From assembly GCF_009914755.1 (NCBI RefSeq), contig NC_060925.1: DNA of 64,000 bases; one strand, written 5' to 3'. Source of the DNA: the human T2T-CHM13v2.0 reference genome, Homo sapiens. Below the pieces are notes generated by a model that searched no databases, was not told where the DNA came from, and saw only the letters and a list, made by a program, of their open reading frames with translations. The position numbers were made by a program, and so were the translations under genes. This document shows, piece by piece, positions 27,589 to 39,510 of this stretch (position 1 is the first letter of the stretch; every line of letters starts with the position of its first letter).

Positions 27589-28566
27589 TATTACCTTCCT
27601 GTCCCCCTAGTCCTGGGGCTGCAGTTGCTGAGTTTGCTACCCTCCAGTCTTAGCCCTTGGAAACATACAGTTTGTCCGAAGGCAGAATCATAGACAATAT
27701 GTGGGAAACAGAAGTGAGTCTGTTGGGTGTGAAGGGTGTTTAATAGAGAAGAAATACAAAGATAAGTGGACATTATTATCTTACAGTCATCTACAAGGCT
27801 TGGAAATTGGTATCTGGTTGCTTTAGGTTATGGAGCATATAGATGGTAAATCCTGGAGTTTTTATAACCACAGGATTGTAAATTAGTGTATGCAGTTACG
27901 TGAATTAAGGTGTTAGACTAGTGTGGTCTGGTGATCTGCAACAAAGTAGTAGTATAAGAGCATTTAGTTACGGATAAATTTATGTATAATAAGTCTTATT
28001 TAAGGCAATACTGTGGATTGGCAAAAAAGTTTTCTAAAATTTAGCTTATTTTTTATGTAGATATACAGCTAGGATAAAGATAGTTATGTTTTAAAAGGAG
28101 TGGGAGGGGGGTCAAACATGGTGAACATGCTGGAGTAGAGTCCGGGAGTTTGGATGGATTGGGCCATGAAAAGCAAATGCTAGAATTCCTAGTTCCTGTG
28201 GCATGGAGAATTATCTGGCAAGCTGTAATTGTCTTTTGACTTACTAAAAAGTTTTCCAGGGAAGTTAAATTTTTTTGCCTTTGTTTTCCCATTTTGAGTT
28301 GCATTTTGTCTATTTTTAAGACCCTTACCAATCTGGATAGGCCATAGTATAGGAGTGGTAGCAATTAGATTTTAATTTAGAAATCTGGCTAGTATTAGTG
28401 AATAGTAAATGCCCAATAAATACTAAAAAGATTTGAGTACCTACCTTAGTAATGTAAGTTATTAAGTGTTTAGTGTAGTTTTTCTCATTTTGCAGGTAAA
28501 AAAGCCAATGAGGCAGCTTTCCTAGGTTACACAGCTGTTAATAGTTGAGTCAAGACTAAAAATCTA

Positions 28567-28713
28567 GCAGGGCGTGGTGGTGCATACCTGTAATCCCAGC
28601 TACTCATGGCTGAAGTGCAAGAACTTGAACCCCGAAGGCAGAGGTTGCAGTGAGCCAAGATCGCTACTGCACTCCAGCCTAGGCAACAAAGTGAGACTCC
28701 ATCTCAAAAAAAA
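28567..28713 (+). mobile_element. Alu right-arm fragment
   Basis: Alu right monomer with poly(A). Confidence 0.85.
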
Positions 28714-30353
28714 ATTGAGTACTGTTATTTCTTTTTCTTTTCTTTTTTTTTTTTTAAGATCTGCAAAGGGGTTTAATAATGCAAATATCACATATATTTC
28801 CATTTTTAACACCATATTTAAGTTTTCCATTTTCTTAACAATAGAAAGTGATAAAAATGTTTTTCCCAATGTAATAATACAAATGGAAAATATTATAGAC
28901 AGTCATACACTAACCCAATGAATAAGATTCACCAGAAGCAAAATCTATTTTGGGGGTCCTATATTGTTACATATATACAGGGCACCAGAACCACATTTAG
29001 ACTAATACTTTTTATTTCTAGTTAAAACAATGCAGGGCACTCCTGTGACCTGCAAATCTAATTGTACATATGTATGTGTCAGACTGTGCAGGTGGCCAAG
29101 AAGAATAGAAAGAAAGACTTTATCCAGCTTTGGAGTTCAGGGCCTGATTGCCCCAGCTTTAGCCCATAGGAACTTGACAGCTTGTTCATACCTCTCATCT
29201 TTAGTCATAGTTTCTCTTTCTCCAACCCCTTTTCTCCCTAACTACCCTGTGCCATTTAGACTGGAAATTCTAACAGGTAGCTTTTTCTTTCTGAATTATC
29301 TTTACTACTGTATAATTTTTATTTTCAGAATATTCCTTATTTCTACATCTTGAAGACATTTCTTTCTAGTAGATGGGGGAGCTAGAGCTTACATTCACTG
29401 CCGGAAAAGGGTCAGTTCCAGTGTTAATTTCCCAGCAAACACCTGAGAGAAAAACTGAACAGAAAAGAATAGTGATGGCTGGCAGAGAGTGACACCTGCA
29501 CCCAGAAAGCTGCACTGCAGCTGTCTAATATTTGAGGGTCTCTTTTGTTATAACTGCCAGTTTAAACTAGAGATTCTGGCTGGTTGCAAATTCAAAGCAG
29601 ATCAATACATTTAAATCACTGGTTCAACAAATCACTCTTTTTAATGGTATAATGTTTTTATTGCAATTGAGGACGTTTTCAGTAAATACCTTGAGCTTGA
29701 GGCCCTGGCTAAGTATTCCTTTTGCAATACTGTTTTTACTGTCATGACACTGGTCAGTGAACTGTGTTAGTTTCACATATCTATCTATGTACCCACAAAA
29801 CACCTCCCTGTCTTTGCAGGAGTGACATTACCCTGTGTGTAATGGCAGCCTTGTGCTTTCTCTGTGCAGAGACAGGGTCTTGCTCTGTTGCGCAGGATGG
29901 AGTACAGTGGCATGATTATAGCTCACTGCACCCTCATTTCCGGGACTTGAATGGAGGCCCGGCTAATTTTTTATTTTTTATAGATATAGGGTCTCGCCAC
30001 GTAACTACTTTTAATTATTTTTATTGCCGGGTATGATGATATTGATATGTGAATACCTGTTGTAACTACATTAGAAGGCATAACAAACAGTCAGAGCCAC
30101 CACAAAATGGATTGATAAAGAAATGATGTATTACCCAGATACCATGAGTAGCATTATCAGTAATGAAAAATTCTCCACAGAAGCTGCATTTTTAGTGAAT
30201 TTAATGCGTATTAAAACAGTACAGAAATACATACATGACTCAGATAACAATAAACAAATTTACTTTCTATACCAAATCTTTACATAGTCTTCTAGCAACT
30301 AACACCCACCACTTCCATTAATGCAGATAGTGCTCCCTATCTTTGGAAAAAAA

Positions 30354-30622
30354 TTTTATTTTTTTATTTTTTTTGAGATGGAATCTCACTCTGTTGCCCA
30401 GGCTGGAGTGCAGCAGCTCACTGTAACCTCCGCCTCCTAGCTTCAAGCAATTCTCCTGCCTCACCCCCCAGAGTAGCTGGGACTATAGGCACACACAGCC
30501 ACGCCTGGCTAATTTTTTGTAATTTTAGTAGAGACGAGGTTTCACGATGTTGGCCAGGCTGATCTTGAACTCTTGGCCTCCCAAAGTGCTGGGATTGCAG
30601 GCGTGAGCCACTGCACCCGGAC
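30354..30622 (-). mobile_element. Alu with internal deletions
   Basis: Reverse Alu; tggaaaaa flanks both ends. Confidence 0.9.
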
Positions 30623-31984
30623 TGGAAAAACTTTAAATACCCTGCCAGGGGAAGTATTGCCCCTGTTGAAAATCACTATTCTAGACTTTGCCTGTATTTG
30701 CCTTTCTTACTCTACCAGTTTTTTATTGTATTTCCCCTTAGAGCCTTAGAGTTTGAAATTCAGTCATATTGGAGAGCAGAACTAATAAATGATGGCTGTA
30801 ATCTGTTTTTGTGGTGCCTATGGAGTTATGGACAGATGGACATTAGGTACAGCCATCATTTCCCTAGGCAATCCTAATCATCTAGCTTGAAAGGTCAGTT
30901 TTCAGTCACTTGCCTTAAGTCGCTTTTACAGTTTACCTGTTCTGTTTTTTTAATTATCCTGTTCCCATCAATTAAAAATGTTCTTATAATAATCCAAGCT
31001 ATAATTTACAGGTCAGATTTAAAGTTAATTTTATGTGGATCCTTTGATGCATATGTTGCCCCCAGTTCAGCAAGAAGCTAACAGTCAGTAAGCCAGTTTG
31101 TCCAGTTCATTGTAACCTTTGTTCCCTTTGTCATTAAACGCTAGAGCTACTACTGAGCTTTTTCTCACTCTGACCTGACGGAGTAAAGAGGGTGAGGCAG
31201 GCCACTGCAGGCCTGGAAATCCGTTTCCTTCTCCAGTGGTGATTCTTGCTCCTCGTGTTATCACCTTAATCCCAATATCCAGGCTAAAAAGTGAGATTAT
31301 TCTCTACCCCCTCGCTTCTGACATCCAGTCATCCACAAAGTTTCTCATTTTGCCTCAAAAAGAGATCTCAAATGTCTTTTTATACATGGCTCCGTGGTCT
31401 AAACCTTCATCAGTCCTTGTCTGGACTTGTGGAGTAGCTTTTATAACTGGGCTTTTCTTACATTCAAACATACCTTATCACCCAAAGGTCACAGTTCCCA
31501 TTAGGTTTCACTCTTTGCGTTATACATTCTGTTGGTGGGGAGGGGGGTTCTCATTTTTATGATCTCAAGGAAAGTTGGTAGTTGGGAGATGCAGGATAAG
31601 GTGAGAATGTAACTACTACTTCTGTTGGTAACCATGCTCTAGAGGTAAGAGGAGGGTGTGCTAGAACAGTTAATGTTTAATAGGATAAGGAGGGGCAGAA
31701 TATATTTTGCTAGTCATTGCTACCCTCTTAATTATGGCTCAGTAGGTCACACTTTAATTTCTTAGACTTTTTTTTTTTTTTGCCTATCTTACGGGTAATG
31801 AGGCTACAACTGTTTGCAACTGCTGAAGTCTTGAAAGCAGAGAGCATGGTGGCTTGTGTTTTTTGATTTTTGCCAAATTTCCTGGTACCTAATTGGCAGC
31901 CAGAGAGTCTCTGGGAAAATTAATCTTTGACAACATGAGATTTATTTCATTTTCTAACTTGTTCAACTTGGTTCTGTCTTGCAG

Positions 31985-32018
31985 GAATGACACCAAGGAA
32001 GATGTATTTGTACACCAG
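31985..32018 (+). CDS. YBX1: YBX1 exon 3 (NDTKEDVFVHQ, RNP2)
   Basis: tgtcttgcag| acceptor; CAG|GTGAGT donor; 34 nt. Confidence 0.97.
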
Positions 32019-33819
32019 GTGAGTGCTTGTGTAGATATTTGCACTTCTGATTCAAGGATTGTAAGAAGAAAAGGTTAGATATGTTCTCAGCTTTTGTTCC
32101 TTATAAAAGGTTAAGTCCAACCACCAGTTTATTTACTTACGACAGGAGTAGTAGCATGCTTAAAAATGTATACGTGGAAATGTGTTAGAGTTGACTTAAT
32201 TATCCTAGACATTTCAAATTGGAATTTTGTCAACAGCTGTGGCTTTCTCAAATGTTGAGTCAAACTCACTGCATTAAATATTTATACCTAATTTCAGATG
32301 AACAGATTATTCCATGATTCTAAAGTTGAACAAATAATGTTGCTATAAATACACAGAAACTTTGGCAAGAAGTTTTCAAAGGCTTTTAGGTGTACCTGTA
32401 GGGACAAATCTCCATAATCAAGGGTAAATAAGACAGACCTGCAAAACATAGTAATTGAAGTGAGTACTTGAAAAGTAGCATAAAGAGCCTTCTGCTTACT
32501 TTAAATCACTTTGAATGGGTATTGGGTTTTTTTTTTTTTTAAACCTTTGGAGAGTTTTGGCTGGCTTGGAAAATGAAAAAATTTCACTAGTTTAAGGTTA
32601 AGTGGGGGGAAGTGTGACAAGGTTGGCAGCTGCTCATTAAATAATTTTTAGATTGGCTTCCAGTGATTTGGGAAGAGAAAACTGTTAACATAGGATGAGT
32701 ACTGATGAGTACTGCATAGTGAACTTTCTCCCTAAGTATCATTTAGGGAAAATGTTTGCACATTCAGGAATTAAGATTATTACTAATGTAAACCACTGCC
32801 AAGTGTATGTTAATACTTCAAATTTAGATATGCTGTAGGCTACATTGAATGTACTTATCCTCACAGATACGAAATGAGTAGGAAAAAATATGTTTGTGCT
32901 ATCAGTTTTCTCACTAAGGCTTTTGAAATATTGTCAACTTGTATTAAAATTAGAGACCATAACTACTTTTTTGTACTATAATCCAGAAATCAAAAGACCT
33001 AAAAGTTAATATCCATACTCACATTTAATTAGATACTAGCTTTTATGGCAGCATGTTTCATAGGAAGGGCTGTCATAGGTTGGTGCTTTGTAGCTCACTG
33101 AAGTGTCCTACACAGTATTTGATGACAAGGAGGAAGCTATATCAATTTCTAGTACACCCAAACCCAATCAGGTAGTTCAGGGTCAAATGTAATTATGGAA
33201 TCATTTAAATTCTAAATGTAAATAAATACAGGACTACTTCAGACAAAATGTTGTTTTAAAGTAGATGTTTTATAAAATTGGTATTCTTGTTTGGAAGAAC
33301 ACAGCTCAACTGTTCCTTACTCCCCTTCTGCATGTTCAAAAGAATGTGTAGACTTAGGAACAAGAGACAGCAAAGTTTCTCGGTCTTGTTGCCTGTTGGC
33401 AACCCTTAAGGGTTGGGGTTGGGGCAGGGGTGGAGATGTTGATAAAAATAAAGAGTTGGGATTTTAATTATCCATAATTCTGCTATCCCCTATGACTGCA
33501 GGTAATTGATAGTTGGCTATATCTGAAAGGTATGAAAACTATGTGACAGTTTAGATGACAGATGAGATCAATTATTTGACTCAACTCACCCAGTTGTACT
33601 GATTCACAAGGTGCCACCAATATGCTTTCATTTTTTTGGAAGTGGTTTCAACATGTAGTTGTTTCTTGGGACTTTGGCTGCTCAGGTCTTAGTGGTGTAT
33701 CAGGGAGACTGCAGTTCTGGGCAGCTTCACTTAATTGGCCTCAGATTCGTTGATTGTCCTGTCTCCTCTGCAATGGAAATGCATGAGTGATCCTGTAATG
33801 GATATAGCTGAGATTTGGA

Positions 33820-34010
33820 GTGAACATGGGATTTGGAGACCCAATACCTGGGTTTAGAAAGTCTCCTTACTAACTGTGTGACCTTGGGCAAGTCACCTAA
33901 CTTTAAAGCCTGTTACATTATCTGTGTAATGGGATTAACAATACTTTCACATGTCCTGTCTCATAATGAGATTGAATAGATAGTAAGTGAAAGAATGTTG
34001 CAAAAAAATT
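33820..34010 (+). mobile_element. MIR SINE
   Basis: cttactaactgtgtgaccttgggcaagtcacctaac core. Confidence 0.72.
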
Positions 34011-34693
34011 TCATAGAAACGTGAGATGTTACTCTTCCTCCCTTCTCTTAACAGTCTGGAGAAAGTAGAAGCAACAAGTCTCTAATACAAGATTTATTGA
34101 ATTCTGGGGAGGTGATAACTAACAATTCCATGCAGTCAGATCATATAAAGAATGACATAGTTAATACACATGAATTGCATTTCCACTGATGTATTATCAG
34201 ATTGGAAGGGATTTTGGTTGACATTTGTAATTGAGTTTGATACGGTAACACAGGGGCAAAGTTGGTTTGGTCAGCTTTGAAGCATGCAAAACCAAACTCG
34301 CCTGTCATCTAAACTGACGCAGTGTGGGGCCACCTTCTCCTATTAAGTGCAGTCCTCAGGGGATAGATGGATATCCTCATTTGTTAAAAGTTATATATAA
34401 TGCTTTTGCAAAAAGCAGTTTTTAAAATGATGTGTCTGTCTTGAGTGTTAAATTACTTGTTTTAGTTTTGTAAATAGTGGTACAATGCTGGGGCCTTGTA
34501 TGATTGGAGTGTTTTTGTTGAAGTTGGGGATAGTGTGGTCCCCGCTTTCCTAAATTTATTGATGGTTTGGTCTTATTTAAAGCAAATCTTAAGTGTATAT
34601 CCAAGCTAAAATAATATTGACTCTGGTACATTTTAAATGAAAAAGCACATTATTCTCCCCTGTTAATCTATTTTTGGAATGTGATATTACTAG

Positions 34694-34783
34694 ACTGCCA
34701 TAAAGAAGAATAACCCCAGGAAGTACCTTCGCAGTGTAGGAGATGGAGAGACTGTGGAGTTTGATGTTGTTGAAGGAGAAAAG
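34694..34783 (+). CDS. YBX1: YBX1 exon 4 ([30 protein letters not shown])
   Basis: tactag| acceptor; AAG|GTGAGG donor; 90 nt; includes the RKYLRS (Ser102) site. Confidence 0.97.
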
Positions 34784-35136
34784 GTGAGGATGCTTTTTGT
34801 GTAAAGGTTTGACTTCAGTATGGAAATATTTTGGAGGTCTCATCCATTAGGATGGTGGCTCTAATGTGGATGGATGTGTTCAGGTGACCTCATGAACACA
34901 GGTGCATCAAGCCTAATGTTCTGGCTGCAGTTAGAGGGCAATCTCTTCAGAACAGTGAGGAACTGATATTTAGTCATTTCTGTGCACCCCTGGTCACGCA
35001 GTTGCGCCCCCCCCCCCTTTTTTTTCCTTAACTTTGTTGTTTTTTGCTTTGTTTGAAAATGTTCTGATTTCCTTTTGAAAGTGTTGAAAGTGTTCTGATT
35101 TCCTTTGTCACTATCAATATGTAATGGCTTTTGTAG

Positions 35137-35439
35137 GGTGCGGAGGCAGCAAATGTTACAGGTCCTGGTGGTGTTCCAGTTCAAGGCAGTAAATATGCAG
35201 CAGACCGTAACCATTATAGACGCTATCCACGTCGTAGGGGTCCTCCACGCAATTACCAGCAAAATTACCAGAATAGTGAGAGTGGGGAAAAGAACGAGGG
35301 ATCGGAGAGTGCTCCCGAAGGCCAGGCCCAACAACGCCGGCCCTACCGCAGGCGAAGGTTCCCACCTTACTACATGCGGAGACCCTATGGGCGTCGACCA
35401 CAGTATTCCAACCCTCCTGTGCAGGGAGAAGTGATGGAG
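35137..35439 (+). CDS. YBX1: YBX1 exon 5 (end of CSD, alternating basic/acidic C-terminal domain)
   Basis: ttttgtag| acceptor; [12 protein letters not shown]...PVQGEVME; GAG|GTAAGT donor; 303 nt. Confidence 0.97.
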
Positions 35440-35674
35440 GTAAGTTTCACCATCAACAACAGCAATGTGATAAGTTCTGGTAGGACTGTTTAGAGCTGTT
35501 AATTATATGGAAAGCAACTTGGATTCCTAGTAAGAACCAAAAGGATTAATTTATAATGTAGTCACAATTACTAGATGGTCTGTTTTGTTTGTTTTTTAAC
35601 TCTTGGATTTATCTGGTTGGGTTTTTTTATTATATTACTGACCCAGTAGGCTTAATTTCCATTGTCTTTTTCAG

Positions 35675-35757
35675 GGTGCTGACAACCAGGGTGCAGGAGA
35701 ACAAGGTAGACCAGTGAGGCAGAATATGTATCGGGGATATAGACCACGATTCCGCAG
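35675..35757 (+). CDS. YBX1: YBX1 exon 6
   Basis: tctttttcag| acceptor; [28 protein letters not shown]; CAG|GTATGG donor; 83 nt. Confidence 0.97.
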
Positions 35758-37962
35758 GTATGGTCCACGTAAACATGTTTCTATTAAAATTTCCTCAAAC
35801 CCGTGTTAGGACTCAGCAATATCATGCCTCTCCTGCAGACTCATTTTTCTGTTAACACTTCACGTTTTCTTTCATCAGATGCCTAAGAGGTGAACCTATT
35901 AAAAACAGCTTGTATAGATGAGGTCTGCTTTATACATAAATTTTTTTAGAAAATGATGAGGGTTTGGAATTTCAAATTTTCTGTCCTTGAACAGGTAAGA
36001 TAATATTTTAAACCACACCTTTTAAACCTGCCTCCTTGGTAGGGAGAAAGGAAAGCATTAGGAGTATCTGAATTGTACCATGGCATTAGTGAAGAATCAA
36101 CAGTGTTATCACTTGAAATGGCATACATTATCTTCCACTAAACACTTCTCAGTTTAGATATGTACCCCCTTTTTTTTGGAGTTGGGAGTTGTCAGCTCAA
36201 AGTTGCAAAATGAAATTGCTCCACCAAGAATTTACATTCTGCGGGGGGAAATCCAGTCTGTCGTTAGACAACTATCTACTTGAGTGGGTATTAGAAATCT
36301 TATTAATAGATGTCATTATTAGAGTAATCGAGGAAAAATTCCATGAACCAAGCATATTTTAGTCCATGCCGTAGTATACTTTGAGGCAGTGTTCCCAGTC
36401 CCACGGTGGTAGGATAGGATGGTGTAATAGTTGTTTCTCTAAGGGTTTGATATCAAAGCATTGAGTTTTCATAGGTGATCCCCAAAAGCTGACAGGTACC
36501 TCTGAAGAATCAAACCAATACAGTAATAACGCATCTTAACTGATCACTTAAATCGCAACTTTTAAATCCCCAAATTTTTAAGTGTCAAGTTTATTATTCT
36601 AGAAGTATCCAACATATCCAAAATATACTGTGAGTCTATAAGAGGGGGTTTCTGTATATAGGTTTTTAAATTTTACCAAAGTTGGAGCACTTAGTGAAGT
36701 TTTAGGAACTAGGGAATCTAGTCGAGGTTGTATTACATGTATTTATCAGCACATGTACATTGAGAGTTTTGCAAGAGCAGCTGATGTCATCATATTTTTT
36801 GTATTAATATGTCTTGTCCTGAGTTTTCAGTTAAAAGAGCTGAGGTCCTAACTGATCACTACCACAATTGAAGATCTCTGATTCAGTTTTCTACCAGGAG
36901 ATTGTGTTAGCCAGATGCTGGATGTTGAAGATAGATGGGTTTTTATTTTTCAGAGTAGGTCTAAAATAGCCTCTCATGGCAGTCCATCTGTTAAGTCCAT
37001 GGGTTCCAGCAGCAGAATCTTTGGTTTACCTTTTGTTACACTGAAGAGCTTAAATGTTTTGCCTAGTTTCATTGATGTCCTTAAAAATAGCATAATTTTG
37101 TGTTTGTATTCAGTGCTTCAGTTCACCGTTGAGTAAATTGTTTGTCTTTATATTGACAAACAAGCTTGCGGTTGATTTGTCTCTTAGAAAGGTATCTTTG
37201 TCCATTGTTACCCCTCCAGTGCAGAGGTTTTTGCCTTTTGGTTTAAGTTAGACTTAATGTCTACGTGTTTCAATGTTTAGAATGCTCAGTCCTGCCAGAT
37301 AGTTGCAGAAGTAACATAAAATTGCTTGGAAGTTATCAATGAATGCTAGACTTTCCAAACTGTGCAGGAATCTTTTGTTCAAATGAGAGTAAATGAAACA
37401 TGCTGCCCCTAATGCATGGAATGGTGTGAAATTCTGACTGGTGTGGGTTCAAGAGCAAACTGAAAGGGAAATCTTAAGACAGAGTATAGTACAAGTGTTG
37501 CTGAAAATGAGACTAATAGTAGTAAGGGGAAAATGGGGGGTCAAAAAGGGAGGTTTTTTGTTGAGAAATAACATTTATAGGCTGAAATGCAATCCAGGAT
37601 AACAGTTGATGGCAGGAAAGTGACTGCTGGAACTGTTTTCTTTCTCAGAGAGGGTAGGGTTTTGCCCACAGGTGAAAATGTTGACCTTTTGTTAGGAACC
37701 TGCCGTTTTCCTGTGTAAGAAACAAGAATACATGGGCACGCATGTGTTAATGGGAAGACATGGAAGCCTTTGGTTGCTAAATTGAGACGAAAGTAAAGAG
37801 GAAGTTTGAAAAGTTTGGGGCAAAGAACCCTCTAGAACAGAAAATAGAGATGGTAAATTTATAAGTAATAGGATAACGATCATAAATTAGAAGTGAGTTC
37901 ACCCAGCTTGACTCTGTGTTTCTAGCCATTTGGGCATCAGGCTCAGGTTGGGCAGAGAGTTG

Positions 37963-38025
37963 GATTTATCCAGATTTGGTTTATCCAGATCTGGTTTGAT
38001 TTATCCAGATCTGGTTTATCCAGAT
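37963..38025. repeat. Short tandem array, four copies of TTTATCCAGAT
   Basis: Copies at 37965, 37980, 38000 and 38015. Confidence 0.9.
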
Positions 38026-38828
38026 GAAGACACTGGGGTAGGGATTGGTCATATGATTAGTGGTAGACTTTATACTTGGATAAAGAGGGGAGAAAAGGGG
38101 AAAATGAGGGTTGTTTTTTTTTTTTTAAATTGTTTTGTAGAAATGGAGTTGCACTGTGTTACTCAAGCAGTCTTGAACTCCTGCCCTCAAGTGATCCTCC
38201 CCAAGTGCTAGGATTACAGGTGTGAGCCACTGTGCCCAACCTTGGAGTGAGATGAATAGGTGATAGAATCGCTGTATTACAGGTCCTAGATTAAGAATGA
38301 GAAAACAATAAGGAATTACCTAAGAAAAATAGGAAGGTACATAATTGGAAAGTTGAGTGGTATAATTGAAAAAACCCAGGTAGAAAACAGCTGGACTGGG
38401 AGGTCAGTCTGAAAGCCCAGGTTATTAGAAGCTGTTACACTCGAACCTTAGTAATAACTGCAGTAAGAAAAAGATAGTAAATGGAGCAGAATCCAAAATA
38501 AGATGGAAAGCCTAGTTTTTAGAAACTGGGAGAGTTGATTTAGAAGCCACAATAAGGTTAGAACAGTCACCACTGTAGGGTTGCAGAGAAAAGTCAGAAC
38601 AATTTTGTTGAAGATTCATCATGAGTTCCAAAAGATGTGGGGAAAGAGTTTTAGAATGTACAAAGGTAAATGTGAATTTATTCCCATGATGACTCATGGA
38701 TACTAAAGGCCTGGGGCTTTCTGGAGTGCTCAGAGTATGGGCAGAGGAAAGGCCAGGAATCCATCATTTCTGAGCACTGGGGGAAAGAAAATCCCAAAAT
38801 TTAGTATCTTTATCTTGGTGATTAAAAG

Positions 38829-39090
38829 ACTCAAGCCTGTAATCCCAGCACTCTTTGGGAGGCCAAGGAGGGAGGATAGCTTGAGGTCAGGAATTCAAGA
38901 CCAGCCTTGGAAACATAGCAACACATCGCTACTAAAAATCAGACATTAATGAGACGTGGGGGGCTTGCCTATAGTCCCAGTTACTCAGGAGTCTGAGGTG
39001 GGAAGATCACTTGAGCCTGGGAGATTGAGGCCACAGTGAGCTGTCATCATTCCATGGCACTTTAGTCTGGGCAACAAAGCAAGACTCTTC
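38829..39090 (+). mobile_element. Alu (J-like, diverged)
   Basis: Alu consensus blocks. Confidence 0.85.
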
Positions 39091-39275
39091 CCCCTACTCA
39101 GCATCCCCCCCCCCCCAAAAAAAAAAACCCATCTCTTTACACAAATTGCCTACAGACCACTTGATACAGAATGGGCCAGACATGGTGAGTTAGTTGTGAA
39201 CCAACTGGTTACACTGGTGGGTGTGTTGAAGAGAGAAGGTTTTATCATTCTTAAGTTTGACACCGTTCATTGCAG

Positions 39276-39510
39276 GGGCCCTCCTCGCCAAAGACAGCCT
39301 AGAGAGGACGGCAATGAAGAAGATAAAGAAAATCAAGGAGATGAGACCCAAGGTCAGCAGCCACCTCAACGTCGGTACCGCCGCAACTTCAATTACCGAC
39401 GCAGACGCCCAGAAAACCCTAAACCACAAGATGGCAAAGAGACAAAAGCAGCCGATCCACCAGCTGAGAATTCGTCCGCTCCCGAGGCTGAGCAGGGCGG
39501 GGCTGAGTAA
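39276..39510 (+). CDS. YBX1: YBX1 exon 7 coding part; exon continues to 39541
   Basis: cattgcag| acceptor; [12 protein letters not shown]...AEQGGAE*; exon lengths sum to 975 nt (324 aa plus stop); CGG|GTAAGC donor. Confidence 0.98.

Noticed and set aside
32694-32725. CTGATGAG hammerhead-like core within a gatgagtact x2 duplication
   Set aside because: No closing stem II followed by GAAA, and no stem I/III pairing; a simple 10-bp duplication.
34371-35035. A complete nested U12 AT-AC intron spanning YBX1 exon 4
   Set aside because: No AC or AG at the required 10-20 nt from the branch motif and no supporting upstream exon.
34861-35401. Antisense ORFs over YBX1 exon 5 (and 39190-39567 over exon 7)
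   Set aside because: Shadow frames of the sense CDS with no independent promoter, splice or homology support.
37963-38025. CRISPR-like repeat array
   Set aside because: Repeats are 11 nt with 4-9 nt non-unique spacers in eukaryotic intron DNA; no cas genes.
21061-39510. YBX1 processed pseudogene
   Set aside because: Seven canonical GT-AG introns, an intact 324-aa ORF and a CpG-island promoter show this is the parent gene.
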